A stretch of 64,000 bases of DNA, from the IMG/VR virus record IMGVR_UViG_3300017991_000001, positions 1 through 64,000 of that record. One strand, written 5' to 3'. Position 1 is the first letter of the stretch. Each line of letters opens with the position of its first letter. This document shows, piece after piece, positions 48,480-59,700 of the stretch. Position numbers and translations under genes: made by a program. Below the pieces are notes generated by a model that saw only the letters and a list, made by a program, of their open reading frames with translations, did no database searches and was not told where the DNA came from.

Positions 48480-49058
48480 ATGGCAAGAGTACTTGCGACA
48501 ACCGAGATACGCACCCGCAGGGGGATGCTCATCGCCCAGGTGGGCGAGGAGGGCAAGGCCGAACGCAACGTCCGGCCGGCTGACCACGACAACTACGGCA
48601 AGGTCTTCGTGCGGTGGAGGGGCCTGCGCCACGGCTACTGGGTGAGGCCCGACGACATCCGTTTCGCCGGGGCCGCCAGGCCCGAATCCTTCATCGCCGT
48701 GCGGGTCGCACACGCCAGGGCGGAGGACAACGGAGGGGAGCTCCCGGCGCTGCCGCGGGGCTCCTTCTCGTTTGATTACGACTTTGGCAGCAACCTCAAG
48801 CTGATACGCCGTGCCCGCTCCCTGTCACAAGGCGAGCTGGGTGCCCAGATGGGCAAGCACGGCCTGCCGCTGGCGCAGTCCACCATCTCCTATCGGGAGT
48901 CGTCTCCCGAGGCCCCGGGCCGCGAGTTCCTGCGAGCCGCCGCCCGCGCCCTGGAGGTACCGCCCTTCGTCTTCCTGTTTCCCCTCGCCAAGCTCGGGGA
49001 GTACGCGGCGGCGAAGCGCTTTCTGCTCAACATGTCGAGTGCCATGGCCGAGGCCTGA
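48480..49058 (+). CDS. XRE HTH protein with an N-terminal SH3/KOW-like segment
   Basis: NLKLIRRARSLSQGELG...QSTISYRE. Confidence 0.75.
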   Translation: MARVLATTEIRTRRGMLIAQVGEEGKAERNVRPADHDNYGKVFVRWRGLRHGYWVRPDDIRFAGAARPESFIAVRVAHARAEDNGGELPALPRGSFSFDYDFGSNLKLIRRARSLSQGELGAQMGKHGLPLAQSTISYRESSPEAPGREFLRAAARALEVPPFVFLFPLAKLGEYAAAKRFLLNMSSAMAEA

Positions 49059-49965
49059 TGGATTCAGCACTGGAACGCATGAAGGACAATCTGCGTGACG
49101 CGGAGGGCGAGAGCCGCAAGGCTTTCGAGGTCCGGGTCGCGAAGGTCCTTTGCAGGTACTACGAGATACGCGCCGCGCCCAAGCACCCGCTCTTCGGGCT
49201 GCAGTGGTTCAGGGATCATTGCGATTCGTTTCCCATGAACCTGGACGCCCAGCGCATCAACGTGAACATAGACAGCATGTTCCGCGCGATCACCAGGACC
49301 CCCGCGTGGAAGGCCTACATGCACATGCTGATCGAGTACGACTTCGAGCCCTGCGCCCTGGTGGTCACCTACAAGGGGCAGGGCCTTTACGTCTTGCACA
49401 ACAACTGGTCGCTGACGCCCATCGCCGGGCACACGCGGCTGGTCAGGCGGGCGAAGTCCTCCAACTACAAGGGGGCGATCTTCGAGCCGCTGGAAGCCTT
49501 TCTGACCGCCCTGACGGGAAGGAACCCCATATGAGCCAAATCCCGGACAGGGAGTTCGCTCGCTCATGGCCCACGCCGACGGAGGTGCAGGAGCTGCTGG
49601 ACGCCCTGCGCGCGCTGGGGGTGCGGGACGAGACGGTGCAGTTGTACAAGCGGCTGGGCGAGTATCCGCCCTCCGCGCGTCTCGCGGTCAACGTACGCAA
49701 CTTCCTGGGGCGCACCATCACCCGGGAGGTGAGCGACGTGCTGGCTCAGGGGCTGAAGCCCAATGAGATGACCGCGCTGGTCGACATACAACGGGTGGGA
49801 CTGAGCACCCACCTCCGCGAGATCGCACATGGGCTCCTGAACATCCACGAGCGGTGGATCGTGAAGCGGGCCCTCGCCAAGTCCTTCCGGCAGGCGAAGG
49901 AGTGCGAGCGCGGCTGGTACCAACCCAAGAAACCGCTCGACGACATACTCACAACAGAGGAATGA
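49058..49965 (+). CDS. Two hypothetical ORFs (49058-49534, 49531-49965)
   Basis: Overlapping start/stop codons. Confidence 0.65.
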
Positions 49966-49966
49966 A

Positions 49967-51256
49967 ATGGCCATCGAAGAACACGTGTTCGCCGGCATTG
50001 TCTTTCCGGGCCGGCATGAAGTGAAGAAGGTCGCGCAGGAGCTGCAGCGCCAGAAGCTGGCGCGCAAGGACGTCATCGTGCGTTCCGACCGCATGGAAGT
50101 GCGGGTGCTGGACAATCAGATGTTGCTGGAGGTCCCCTACAAGGGCGAGCAGCTGCTCGTCCCCATGACCAACAACAGCTGGAATCAGCTGCTGGGCTGG
50201 ATGGGACTCGAGAAGCGTTCCGGGTATTACAAGTGGCTGATGCACGGCCGCCGTTCGATCCCGAAGCGCGTGAGCGACCGCCGCAAGATCGACGTGCGCA
50301 AACACTGGGAAAACGCCAGGCTGGTCTTCAACGACTTCCTGAAGACGGAGAAGGCGCACCGGCTGGTGCGCATGATGGACACCAAGGAGGGGGATACTTA
50401 TGTCAGAGCTTTCCTCTCCGACAAGTTCCGCATCGTGCCCAATGATTCGTTCTTCGAGGCGATCGTGGACAGGTTGCTGGACGCGAAGGCCGAGATCTGG
50501 CACGCGCGCCTGAGCGAGGACCGCTTCATGGTCTACGCCGTGGCCCCGGGCCTGGCCGCGCAGATCAACACCGACCGCACCTTCGATCCCGGCGACGGGT
50601 TCAAGGCCAGGTGGTACGGCGAGAAGGGCGACAGCTACAACGCGGCCCTGACGGCATGGAACTCGGAGACGGGCTGCGGGGGCTACGGCATCTCGCAGGC
50701 CGTGGTGCGCAGGGCCGACGCCAGCTATCACATCTGGCGCGACATCGTGGCCAAGTCCCACGTGGGCAAGCGCCGCAAGGACGAGGAGCTGCTCTCCGAC
50801 GACACGATCAAGAAGGAGAACGAGGTGTTCTTCCTCAAGATCCGTGACTACGTGGAGAACACGTTCGATCCCGACGAGTTCCAGAAGATCATCGACGCGG
50901 TCAACGGGGCGACCCGTGACCCCGTGCCTCCCGAGAAGGCCGAGGAGGTGGCCAACGCCATGCAGGTGACCTACGAGTTGCCCGAGGACCGGGCGGCGCG
51001 CATCAAGCAGCTGTTCTACAGCAACGGCGACTACTCCCGTCACGGGCTGGCCGACGCGGTGGCACGCGCCGCCGTGGACGACAAGGTCAACCCCGACACG
51101 GGTTCGGACATGGAGCGCACGGCGGCTGAGATCATGCAGACGCCGGTGCTGTCGATCCTCGCCAAAGGCGAGAAGCTGAAGAAGGCCAGGGAGGCCAAGA
51201 AGGAGGCTGAGGCCTTCGCTGCTGCCACGGACCAGAGCGGGTTCTTCGAGGGATGA
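49967..51256 (+). CDS. DUF932-like phage protein
   Basis: VRAFLSDKFRIVPN and NSETGCG motifs. Confidence 0.65.
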   Translation: MAIEEHVFAGIVFPGRHEVKKVAQELQRQKLARKDVIVRSDRMEVRVLDNQMLLEVPYKGEQLLVPMTNNSWNQLLGWMGLEKRSGYYKWLMHGRRSIPKRVSDRRKIDVRKHWENARLVFNDFLKTEKAHRLVRMMDTKEGDTYVRAFLSDKFRIVPNDSFFEAIVDRLLDAKAEIWHARLSEDRFMVYAVAPGLAAQINTDRTFDPGDGFKARWYGEKGDSYNAALTAWNSETGCGGYGISQAVVRRADASYHIWRDIVAKSHVGKRRKDEELLSDDTIKKENEVFFLKIRDYVENTFDPDEFQKIIDAVNGATRDPVPPEKAEEVANAMQVTYELPEDRAARIKQLFYSNGDYSRHGLADAVARAAVDDKVNPDTGSDMERTAAEIMQTPVLSILAKGEKLKKAREAKKEAEAFAAATDQSGFFEG

Positions 51257-52796
51257 TCGGCAACGAACTGAGGGAGGACGAGCTTTTCCACCTCAACCTG
51301 GGCGACGCCTGGGTTGAGGTGAAGCTCCCTTGCAGGAAGTGCAGGGGCAAGGGGCACGTATCGGACACGCGGAAGGGGCTGGTGACTATGCGCCTGTCCA
51401 TTCCTGTCCACGGGGGCAAGAACATGGACGTGGTGGGCTGCGACGAGTGCGGCGGCAACGACACGAAGTTTGGCAAGGGTTACGTGATACGCCCGATTCG
51501 CTTGAGCCAGCTGAAGAGGGTTCTGACTTGAACGATCGAACGGTGGAGGAGCAGGTGAGTGACAATGAGAACAAGGCCGTGCAGCGCTTTCTGGCCCTGC
51601 AGACGTCGTTCAAGCGTTTCGGCATGACGATCGAGTTCTTGGCCGGCCGGAGTGGCAACTACATCATCAGGAGCAAGGAAGGCCGGGAGGTGCTGAAGTT
51701 CGACAGCATCGGCGAGCTGGAGCACGCGTTCAACGTGATGCTGGCGTTCGGCGCGGCGACCTCCGTGAAGATCGAAACGATGATGAGCATCGCCGAGGGG
51801 CTGGTCAACGCGGCGCTGGCAAGAGACAAGACGAAGACGGCCAGGGTGTCGTACGTGCAGGGCGTCTGCGAGCTGATGGCGGAGTGTTCGAGTTACCACA
51901 AGGCTACGGACGTGCCTTTGAAAGAGCGGGCCACCAACGTGGCCAAGCACATGGGGTTGGAGAACATTTACTAGGGAGGGCACATGGCCAAGAAGAAAAA
52001 GAAGAAGTCGGGTGGCAAGCGGGCCACCTTTGCGGGGGTCAAGCGGACCTCCAAGCCGGTGGTGGCACCGTCAGCGAACATGCTGCCGTCGCCCAAGGGC
52101 GCCATCACCAAGGCGGAGGACAAGCCCGAGGAGCTGACGCCGGAGGATCGCAAGGTGGCCAACAAGCTCTTCAAGGCGAAGGCCAAGGAGCTGATCGCGC
52201 GGGCAACGGAAAACAACAAGCACGACCTGCTGCTGAAGTACGACGTCGGCGAGTTCGCCGCAAAGGTGTTCACCACCAAGACCTACGGTGACCACTCGGC
52301 GGAGGAGATCGCCAAGGAGCTGGACGTGCATCAGGACACCGTGCGCATGTATCATCGCTTCTACTGTCGGTACAGCCGCGAGAAGGTGGAGAAGTTCGCG
52401 GAGCTGAAGATGTCCTGGTCGTTGATCTATCCCATGATCTCCGTCGAGGACGACGCCAAGCGCGCCGAGCTGGAAGATAAAGCCAGCAAGGGTATGACAC
52501 GCGACGAGATGCGCGAGGAGGCCAAAGCAGCCAACAAGGAAGCCAACGAGGCTGCCGACGCTGACGGCAAGAAGCGCGACAAGCGCGGCGGGCTGCAGGA
52601 TGCCCAGGCGTTCCGCAACTGCAAGAAGGCGGCGGATGACATGTGCAGCAAGATCGATCAGTATCTCGATGCCTGCACGAATTTGAAGAACATCACCAGC
52701 CCTGACAAGCTGGAGAACCTGGCCAACAAGCGCGAGGAGGTGCGCGAGGGGCTGGTCGAGCTGCGCAACCGTATCGATAAGGCCTTGGAGGCCTAG
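51253..52796 (+). CDS. Three hypothetical ORFs (51253-51531 Zn-ribbon, ~51528-51974, 51984-52796 basic HTH/coiled-coil)
   Basis: Contiguous ORFs; EEIAKELDVHQDTVR HTH-like segment in the last. Confidence 0.65.
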
Positions 52797-52856
52797 GGAT
52801 TGCATGCAGGCCGCGGGGGACACCCGGCGGCTTAACAAGCAGCGCCCCGATCATGT

Positions 52857-53065
52857 CGGGGAGGCGGTGGAGGTGGGGTCTTCACCACGCCTGTGCGGCA
52901 CTCGCCCGTCTTGGTAACCATTCCAGCGGGATCGGTCCAATGCCGGCACGAATGGCGTTGCTGCGGATGAGTCCCATGCGTGCATAGGGGGCGGGCCGGA
53001 GCAGGATGACGATTGGACCGGCCCTCGCGGGAGGGAGGCAATCACACCCCCTCCCGACCCCGCCA
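52857..53065 (+). ncRNA. ~210-nt structured intergenic RNA ending in CCA
   Basis: CGGGG/CCCCG-CCA ends, CGGTCCAAT/ATTGGACCG, CGGGAGGG/CCCTCCCG. Confidence 0.45.
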
Positions 53066-53085
53066 ACCTTTGACTGGAGTGCACG

Positions 53086-53385
53086 ATGGCAACAAACAGG
53101 AAGCGGGTACCGGATGAACCGAAGGACCGCCCGGCAGGCAGTGTGGGCACCAGGTTGGGTTCCATGAGCATGGCGATGGACAACCTGGAGAGGGCAGGCA
53201 GGGAGCTGCAAGGCCGCCTGGAGGTGGTGCTCAAGGGTAGCAGACCCAAGGCGGAGGAGGAGCCAGCCATCGACAAAGAGGATGATCACATCTGTGGTCT
53301 GAGCTCCGAGCTGGGTGTGATGGACAGGCGCTTGCGCAACGTGACGGAGCTGCTCGACGACATCGTCGATCGCATCGATTTGTGA
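53086..53385 (+). CDS. Hypothetical coiled-coil protein
   Basis: GGAG RBS; 99 aa. Confidence 0.65.
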   Translation: MATNRKRVPDEPKDRPAGSVGTRLGSMSMAMDNLERAGRELQGRLEVVLKGSRPKAEEEPAIDKEDDHICGLSSELGVMDRRLRNVTELLDDIVDRIDL

Positions 53386-53398
53386 GTAGTGATTGTGT

Positions 53399-53557
53399 GT
53401 CCCTGACCGTCCACGGGGGTCCTGGATAACCGTGGGGACGGGTTGATCACCCGTAGTTGCGGAAGGACGGCAGGTCTCTGGCTCTGTCTGCAGCCGTAGC
53501 GAGAGAGCGACAGTCTCCGATATCCGAGCGTGGTTCAAATCCATGACTGGGACACCA
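53399..53557 (+). ncRNA. 159-nt tRNA-like RNA with canonical T-arm and CCA end
   Basis: GTCCC/GGGAC-A-CCA acceptor; T-arm CGTGG-TTCAAAT-CCATG; expanded interior. Confidence 0.6.
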
Positions 53558-53569
53558 ACACAATGTTCA

Positions 53570-53796
53570 CTGCACACACGTGCAAACGCCGTAGGAGAAG
53601 CTGAAGGGGCATGTCGACGTATCGGGCCGACAGACAGGAGAACGGCTCACAGGCGGCAGGTACGCCTGCATGGCGGTCTCGTGAGAGGCAACGCCGAGGT
53701 TTCGTGAAGAACGACTGAACGTGGAGAAGGTGCACGTAGTAGATCGACCTGAAATCCATGACGAAAATGCCCTTTGAGGGGGTGTTGTGTGTGCAG
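53570..53796 (+). ncRNA. ~227-nt structured intergenic RNA
   Basis: 10-bp closing stem CTGCACACAC/GTGTGTGCAG, AAGGGGCAT/ATGCCCTTT, internal hairpins. Confidence 0.5.
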
Positions 53797-53993
53797 GGCG
53801 TGGTAAGTGCGTGGTCGATCTCTTGTGCACAGCGCGAACGAGGAGCACCAGATGTGGAGAACGTGGAGGCCGTGGATGACGGCTAATCTTGTAAACCTAG
53901 TAAACACGGAGGCGGATGGCGGGGGAGGACGCGTAAACAGGGCGTTCTGCCGGAAGCTTTAGAGACGAGTAAGCACGCAATCCGTTAAACGAC

Positions 53994-54914
53994 ATGAAAC
54001 TAGAAGACGTGAAGCTGATCAAGAAGGGCACACCTATTGTTGTGACTCAGTGGCGGCCACCCATCATTGGCTACTTCGTGGGCCGCGAGCGAGTCAGCAA
54101 GCAGAAGAAAGACGGCGACCTGGTGGTCTTCTCGAGGAAGCGCCTGATAGGTGCGATCCCGGGGGACGCCGAGCTGTGCACGACGCCGCGCCGAAGTGTG
54201 CGCTTGTGGGATGGAATCACAGGGAGTCATTCCGCGTGGCCGGGCAAGGTCTACAAGGACGACACTCGCAACCTGTCCCTCATACCCGGGCTGTGGCACG
54301 ACTTGCTGTATCGCCTGCAGCTCAACGGGGTCTACACGCTGAAGGACCTCAAAGCCAAGACGATCTACCAGGTGCAGCAGTTCGGCATGCCCTGGGTCGA
54401 TGCCCACTTCATCCGCATTTGGATCGAGGACACGGGCAACCGTCTGCGCATCGGCTCCAAGCAGGCACCGCCTCTGACCGGCAAGGATAAGGAAAAGCTT
54501 GCCAAGCGACTCGCCCACAGGAACAGGGACAGTTGCACGCGTTACGAGAAGCTCAATGGTGCGCCTGTCAGCGCTGGGCCCAAGGGCAGGACGCAGTCCG
54601 AGCGGGTCAGCGAGAAGCTGTCCAAGGACATGCAGGCGCTGGACGACTACGAAGCCAGGCGCCAGGCCGAGATCTCCAGTCGCATCGCCAAAGGGGACCT
54701 GCCCGTGTGGGACACACCCAGCGGGTTCAAGGACGACTCGTGCGACGACACTCTTCTGCTGATGGTCATGAAGAGCAACCGTACCGTGCTGCGGTATGAG
54801 CCAGGTAAACCTATCTCTTGTGACTTCAATGAGTTGACGAACGACCCGAAGTTCACGGAGAAGGTGCGCGCTCTTGTCGAGGACGCCTTGTCGAAGGTGC
54901 CTCAGTCTCTTTGA
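53994..54914 (+). CDS. Hypothetical protein with an RNAP alpha-CTD-like HhH segment
   Basis: IPGL...RLQLNGVYTLKDL. Confidence 0.55.
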   Translation: MKLEDVKLIKKGTPIVVTQWRPPIIGYFVGRERVSKQKKDGDLVVFSRKRLIGAIPGDAELCTTPRRSVRLWDGITGSHSAWPGKVYKDDTRNLSLIPGLWHDLLYRLQLNGVYTLKDLKAKTIYQVQQFGMPWVDAHFIRIWIEDTGNRLRIGSKQAPPLTGKDKEKLAKRLAHRNRDSCTRYEKLNGAPVSAGPKGRTQSERVSEKLSKDMQALDDYEARRQAEISSRIAKGDLPVWDTPSGFKDDSCDDTLLLMVMKSNRTVLRYEPGKPISCDFNELTNDPKFTEKVRALVEDALSKVPQSL

Positions 54915-54956
54915 TTCAGATGCCGGCATCGAAAACCGCCAAGCGAGGATCATCTA

Positions 54957-56051
54957 ATGGATTGCATCGAAGTAAGGACCCTCAAAGAGTTTGACACCGT
55001 GCTTGTGGATGGTCGGCTGCGATACTTCAGGGGAGTGAAGGAGGAGAAGGTGTCCGATCAAAATAAGATCACAGGTGTTTGTGTGTCCACTGGAGCCAAG
55101 AATAGCAACAAGGTCGTCGAACTCAGCGACGTGCATTGCCAGGCAGCTTATGCTTCGTTTCCCGGCAAGAAGGACAAGAACAAGAAGAGGAAGATGCGCA
55201 CCTGGCCAACGAGCACGCACAAGCACACTACTTCTCTGCGTGAAGTACCAGGCATCGAGCTTCAGTTGCTAAACAATCTCAAAGCGTTGGGTATAGAGAC
55301 TTTGGGCAAGCTGAGGAGCACCAACTTCGATGACCTGTGCAAACTGGATCGTACGAGTCTGTTGCTGTTGGTCACGTTGACGCTGGACGCCGGCATATCC
55401 CTGGGATTCAAGGGAGCCGAGACGTTCCTAGAGAAGGTGAAAGGGTATTGGCCTTTCGATAAGTCCGGTCATAAAGAGTGGTTTGTCAAAAACTTGCGTG
55501 CTCCGGCGTTCGAGGCGAAGAAGGCGCGGTTTGAGGGTAAGAATCTACAGGACCCTGACGTGCAGCTGATGAAGGCGCTGAAGAGGAGCCTTAACCATCC
55601 TCCCTACGAAGCGGATGTGGAACCAATCGTGGCAAACGGGGTGAAGGACGACAGCAAGCCCACCAAAGAAGAGCCCGAAGCACACGCTGACGACAAGCGA
55701 CACAAGGAAACCAAAACCACCAAAACCACTGAGGAGACAAGGCGTAAGAGCTCCGACGAGGTGGAGGTGATCTCGGAGGACGGCTCCACCGAAATAAAGG
55801 ACCCGTCCAGCTGTACTCGAGTGAACGGTTTTAAGCTGATTATGGTGGAGCGCCATCTGCGACTGGTGGCTTTGATCCACTCGCGGGGGTGTGAGTTGCC
55901 CGCGGCGATCAGGGAGAACTGGGGTGACGGCAGCATTCGCACATGGCCCAAGAACTTGGGCATTGTCAGGAGGTTGGGCTACGACAACGACAAGATACGG
56001 TGTTGGCTGCTCGCTGCTGCCGAAGCTGCTGCTCCGGAGGAGGAGTGGTGA
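54957..56051 (+). CDS. Hypothetical protein with an RNAP alpha-CTD-like HhH segment
   Basis: VPGI...NNLKALGIETLGKL..TNFDDLCKL. Confidence 0.55.
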   Translation: MDCIEVRTLKEFDTVLVDGRLRYFRGVKEEKVSDQNKITGVCVSTGAKNSNKVVELSDVHCQAAYASFPGKKDKNKKRKMRTWPTSTHKHTTSLREVPGIELQLLNNLKALGIETLGKLRSTNFDDLCKLDRTSLLLLVTLTLDAGISLGFKGAETFLEKVKGYWPFDKSGHKEWFVKNLRAPAFEAKKARFEGKNLQDPDVQLMKALKRSLNHPPYEADVEPIVANGVKDDSKPTKEEPEAHADDKRHKETKTTKTTEETRRKSSDEVEVISEDGSTEIKDPSSCTRVNGFKLIMVERHLRLVALIHSRGCELPAAIRENWGDGSIRTWPKNLGIVRRLGYDNDKIRCWLLAAAEAAAPEEEW

Positions 56052-56728
56052 AGAAGGTCATCTGCGAAGTCCACAGGAAGCTGCCTCCCTGCCCGCTGCA
56101 TGGTGCGGAGTTGCAACGCAGGGATGGAAGGTACGGCGAGTTCTGGGGTTGCGCGGAGTACCCGAAATGCGACGTTACGGCCTCGTACTCCAAGTTCGAT
56201 GAGCGCTACCACGTGTCCAACCAGATCGTGCGGGACTCGCGCAAGCTGGCGCATGCCCTGTTCGATCGGCTGTGGCAGGAGGGGCACGCGCCCAGAGGGG
56301 CAACCTATCGCTGGCTGGCCGAGAAGCTGAAGATCAGGGACTGGCAGCGCAACTGCCACATCCAGCACTTCGGCTTCGACACGTGCTGCGAGGTGGTGGG
56401 GCTGTGCGCCGACATGCTGATGCGCAGCCGCTGCAGGGCGGAGGAGTGGAAGCTGTCCATGGACCAGGCGCTGTACCTGAACCTGTGCCGGCGCCGGTAC
56501 CGGGAGTATGCCAAGAAGGGCAAGGTGAGCCTGGCGGTGGAGAAGGTGATCGAGGAGGTGTGGAGCCGCATGTCCGCGGGCGAGCACCAGGGACTGACCC
56601 ACATGTCCCATGAGGCTTACCAGGAGCCGATCAAGGAACTCATGCGTTTGCGGAGGAACGGTGATGGGAGACCAGCAGCAAAGCAACATGATGAAGCTCG
56701 TAAGGGAGAAGCACGCCAAGGCGGCTGA
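56048..56728 (+). CDS. Topoisomerase-type C4 zinc-ribbon protein (DUF3268-like)
   Basis: CPLHG..L.RR.GRYGEFWGCAEYPKC; RKLAHALFDRLW; Y.WLA; CHI..F. Confidence 0.7.
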   Translation: MKKVICEVHRKLPPCPLHGAELQRRDGRYGEFWGCAEYPKCDVTASYSKFDERYHVSNQIVRDSRKLAHALFDRLWQEGHAPRGATYRWLAEKLKIRDWQRNCHIQHFGFDTCCEVVGLCADMLMRSRCRAEEWKLSMDQALYLNLCRRRYREYAKKGKVSLAVEKVIEEVWSRMSAGEHQGLTHMSHEAYQEPIKELMRLRRNGDGRPAAKQHDEARKGEARQGG

Positions 56729-59700
56729 GCAGTCAAAGGCTGAGACGGCCATGATCGAGGGCCACAAGGAGGCCCTGATCAGTATCATGCGGTTGCTGGG
56801 CTACGGGCTCAAGGGTTGCCCAACCGACGGCGAGTACCACAAGCGGACGTACGCGGAGGCCTACGAGATCGCCAAGCAGGCGCTGGGTGCCGAAGATTCC
56901 GATGCCTGCATCGCTTTTCCGATGTGTACGGGCTATGAGGAGCTGCGCGAGCAGCTGAAGACGTTGCCGGACACCTGGTACCCGGATCTTCTGGCCGCTA
57001 TGGCCGAGGCGATCTGGAAGCGGCCGATCTTCAAGGAGCCGGATGGTTTGTTCGAGTTCCTGCAGGCGAAGAGAAAGGGGCTCGAGGTCACGGAGGACTT
57101 CCTGAAAGCGATGGAGAAGCGTGATGCCCCACAAACCGACTGACCCGATATCGTACAGGCTGGGCAGCAGGGCGCTGCGGGCGATCGTGAAGGTGATCGG
57201 AAGTGACAGGTTGAGGATGGCCAAGAAGCGCACCTTCGAGGAAGTGTGGCGGGTTGGTCTGGACAGGCTGACGCTGACCGACCTGGCGCTGCAGCGGGGC
57301 GTGGGCGGCAGGACCCTGTTCGACATCGACCGTGAGTTCTACATGCGCGACTACGTGATCCCGGTGGGCGACCACAAGGAACACAAGGACCACTTCAACC
57401 TGATTGAGCGCGTGGTGGAATCACGCCTGAACATGGACGCGGTGCCCGGCGACAAGGACCGCCAGATGACAGCGCATGTGATGGAGGAGATGAAGCGGCT
57501 GTGCCGCAGCGCGCACAGCCACCTCCACGACCTGGAGTCCATGAAGCGGGTGGTGGCCTCGATGATGAACGCCTGTGAGTCGGGCAACCTGGTCCACTTC
57601 AAGCGGGAACGCGCGCTGGGCGACGCGCTGCTGGACCTGTTCGAGGGGGTGCCGGCAAGCGTGATGTTGCGGGCCACGAACGTCTCCACGGAGCGCTTCG
57701 ACGAGATTTGCGACATGGTGATGGGCCTGCGGGAGGAGAGGGAGGCCGATGGCAAAGAAGGGGTTTGACGACGCCTGGGCCGAGTGCGAGGCCGACATCG
57801 TCCTCGAGTATACGGCGGGCAAGCCGGGCAATAAGCCCAATTACAACCACCATGTGGCCCTGAGCGTGCTGGTGGGGGCGGTGGTCGGGGGCGTGGAACT
57901 CCTGTCCGACCGCCTGCACCGCCTGTGCGGGTGGAGGTTTCGCCTGCGCGGGGAGGTGCTGTCCGACGACATCATGAACATCCTGCGCCTCCTGGTGGTG
58001 GACGAGGACAACCGCATCATCGACGAGGTGGCCAAGATCCACGTGGAGCCGGAGGGGCGCATCAGGCTGTTCAAGGTCGGCGATCCCGACGGGTATCACG
58101 TGGGGGAGGACGAGTTCAGGGACCGGCTCGCGCAGGCCACGATCGGCCCGAGCGGCGCGATCAAGGAGCTGGTCCTGTGGCGTCTCAACAGGATCAAGGA
58201 GATGCAGCAGGCACAGGAGGTCGCCGCGAAGGGGCATGGGCTGGCGGTGACCATGGACAGGACGCCCTGGCAAGACAATATCCAGATCATACCGAAGACA
58301 TGGTGAGGACAATGTCCAATAAAAAGAAAAAGAAGGCGAAACCCTACCGGGCGCTGGTCGCCCTGGAGACTGATACGGGCTGGACGGCCGCCATTTGCGA
58401 GTACGCGTCCCAGGAGGCGTTCGAGGCCAACCTGGGCGACTGCGAGCCGCTCAGGACGGTTGTCACGTGCGGGCACAACCACGAGGTCAACTCGGACCGC
58501 ATCAATCGCTGCCTGAAGCGGCTGGGGAACGACTCCAGGTTGCTGCGCGACTTCCAGGAGCACGCGCGGGCGTGTGCGTACAGGGAGCCGTGCGACTGTG
58601 GCATGGGCCACCTCTGCGAGCACGAGAAGGGCTGCGAAGTGTGCGACAAGAACGAGTGTCCCCTGTGGAAGGAGGTCGTGTAGTGCCCGACTTCGACGAG
58701 TGGAAGAGGCAGGTTGATGAGTGGTACCGGAAGATCTACGGCATCACGCTGGCCGACGCCGGCGACAGTGACGAGGACTTGCGGCGCCACTTCCCGGACA
58801 TGGAGCCCAAGGAGTATGTCCAGTGGATCGGCGACAAGCGCGATCTTGATCCGGTTGGCAAGTGGTCGGGCGGCTACTAAGCAAGGAGAGACTATGGGAT
58901 CTGAAGACACGATGAACCCGGCGTTGGAGGAGACGCTGGACAACTTCACGGACGCGCAGCTCAACAACGAGCTGGCGCGCAGACGCAAGGCGAGGCTGGA
59001 CGAGGAGAGGCAAGAGCGCCTCGAGTTGACTGCGCTGTGGGAGCGGAACCTGGACGCTTTGCTCCCGCTCACGCTTCACAAGGACGGGTGCAAGGGTACG
59101 GGCACACATCATCCCGGAGCAGACGATGATCCTCCGTGCGCGCGCTGTTTCCTGCTGCACTCGAAGGAAATGACGTGGTGGGACCCGGAATACCGCCTGA
59201 AGATCGGCGTGGAGCACGCGCCCATACCGGAGGAGTGATGGCTAGAGAACATAGTGACAGGCCACCGGCCGTCCCGATGTGTGAGAAGTTGGCCGCCCGC
59301 GACAGGGAGGTGGGCACGGTCATGGAGTTCCTGAACTTCCTGGAGGTGGGCGACCTTCACGTCTGTACAAGGCGGGAGGTGGATTCTATCGGTGGCGGGT
59401 GGGAGCAGTTCAAGCCCACGCTGAGGAAGCACCTCGAACTGGCCTACGCCTTCGTAGGCATCGACGCCAAGCAGCTGGAAGAGGAGCGCAGGGCGCTTCT
59501 CGAGTGGGAGCGCAGGAGGTTGAGCTCTGATGGACGGTTGTAAGCGCAGATGCCGCGGCTGCGGACGGGCGGACAACCTGGAACGCCAGCTGTGCGGGTT
59601 CTGGTTCTGCTTCTGGTGCCTGCCGCGTGCCCTCGAGAAGGGCGCAAGTTACTGGCGCCGTCTATACCACGCGCTGTACCCGTGGAGGTGACGATTGAAA

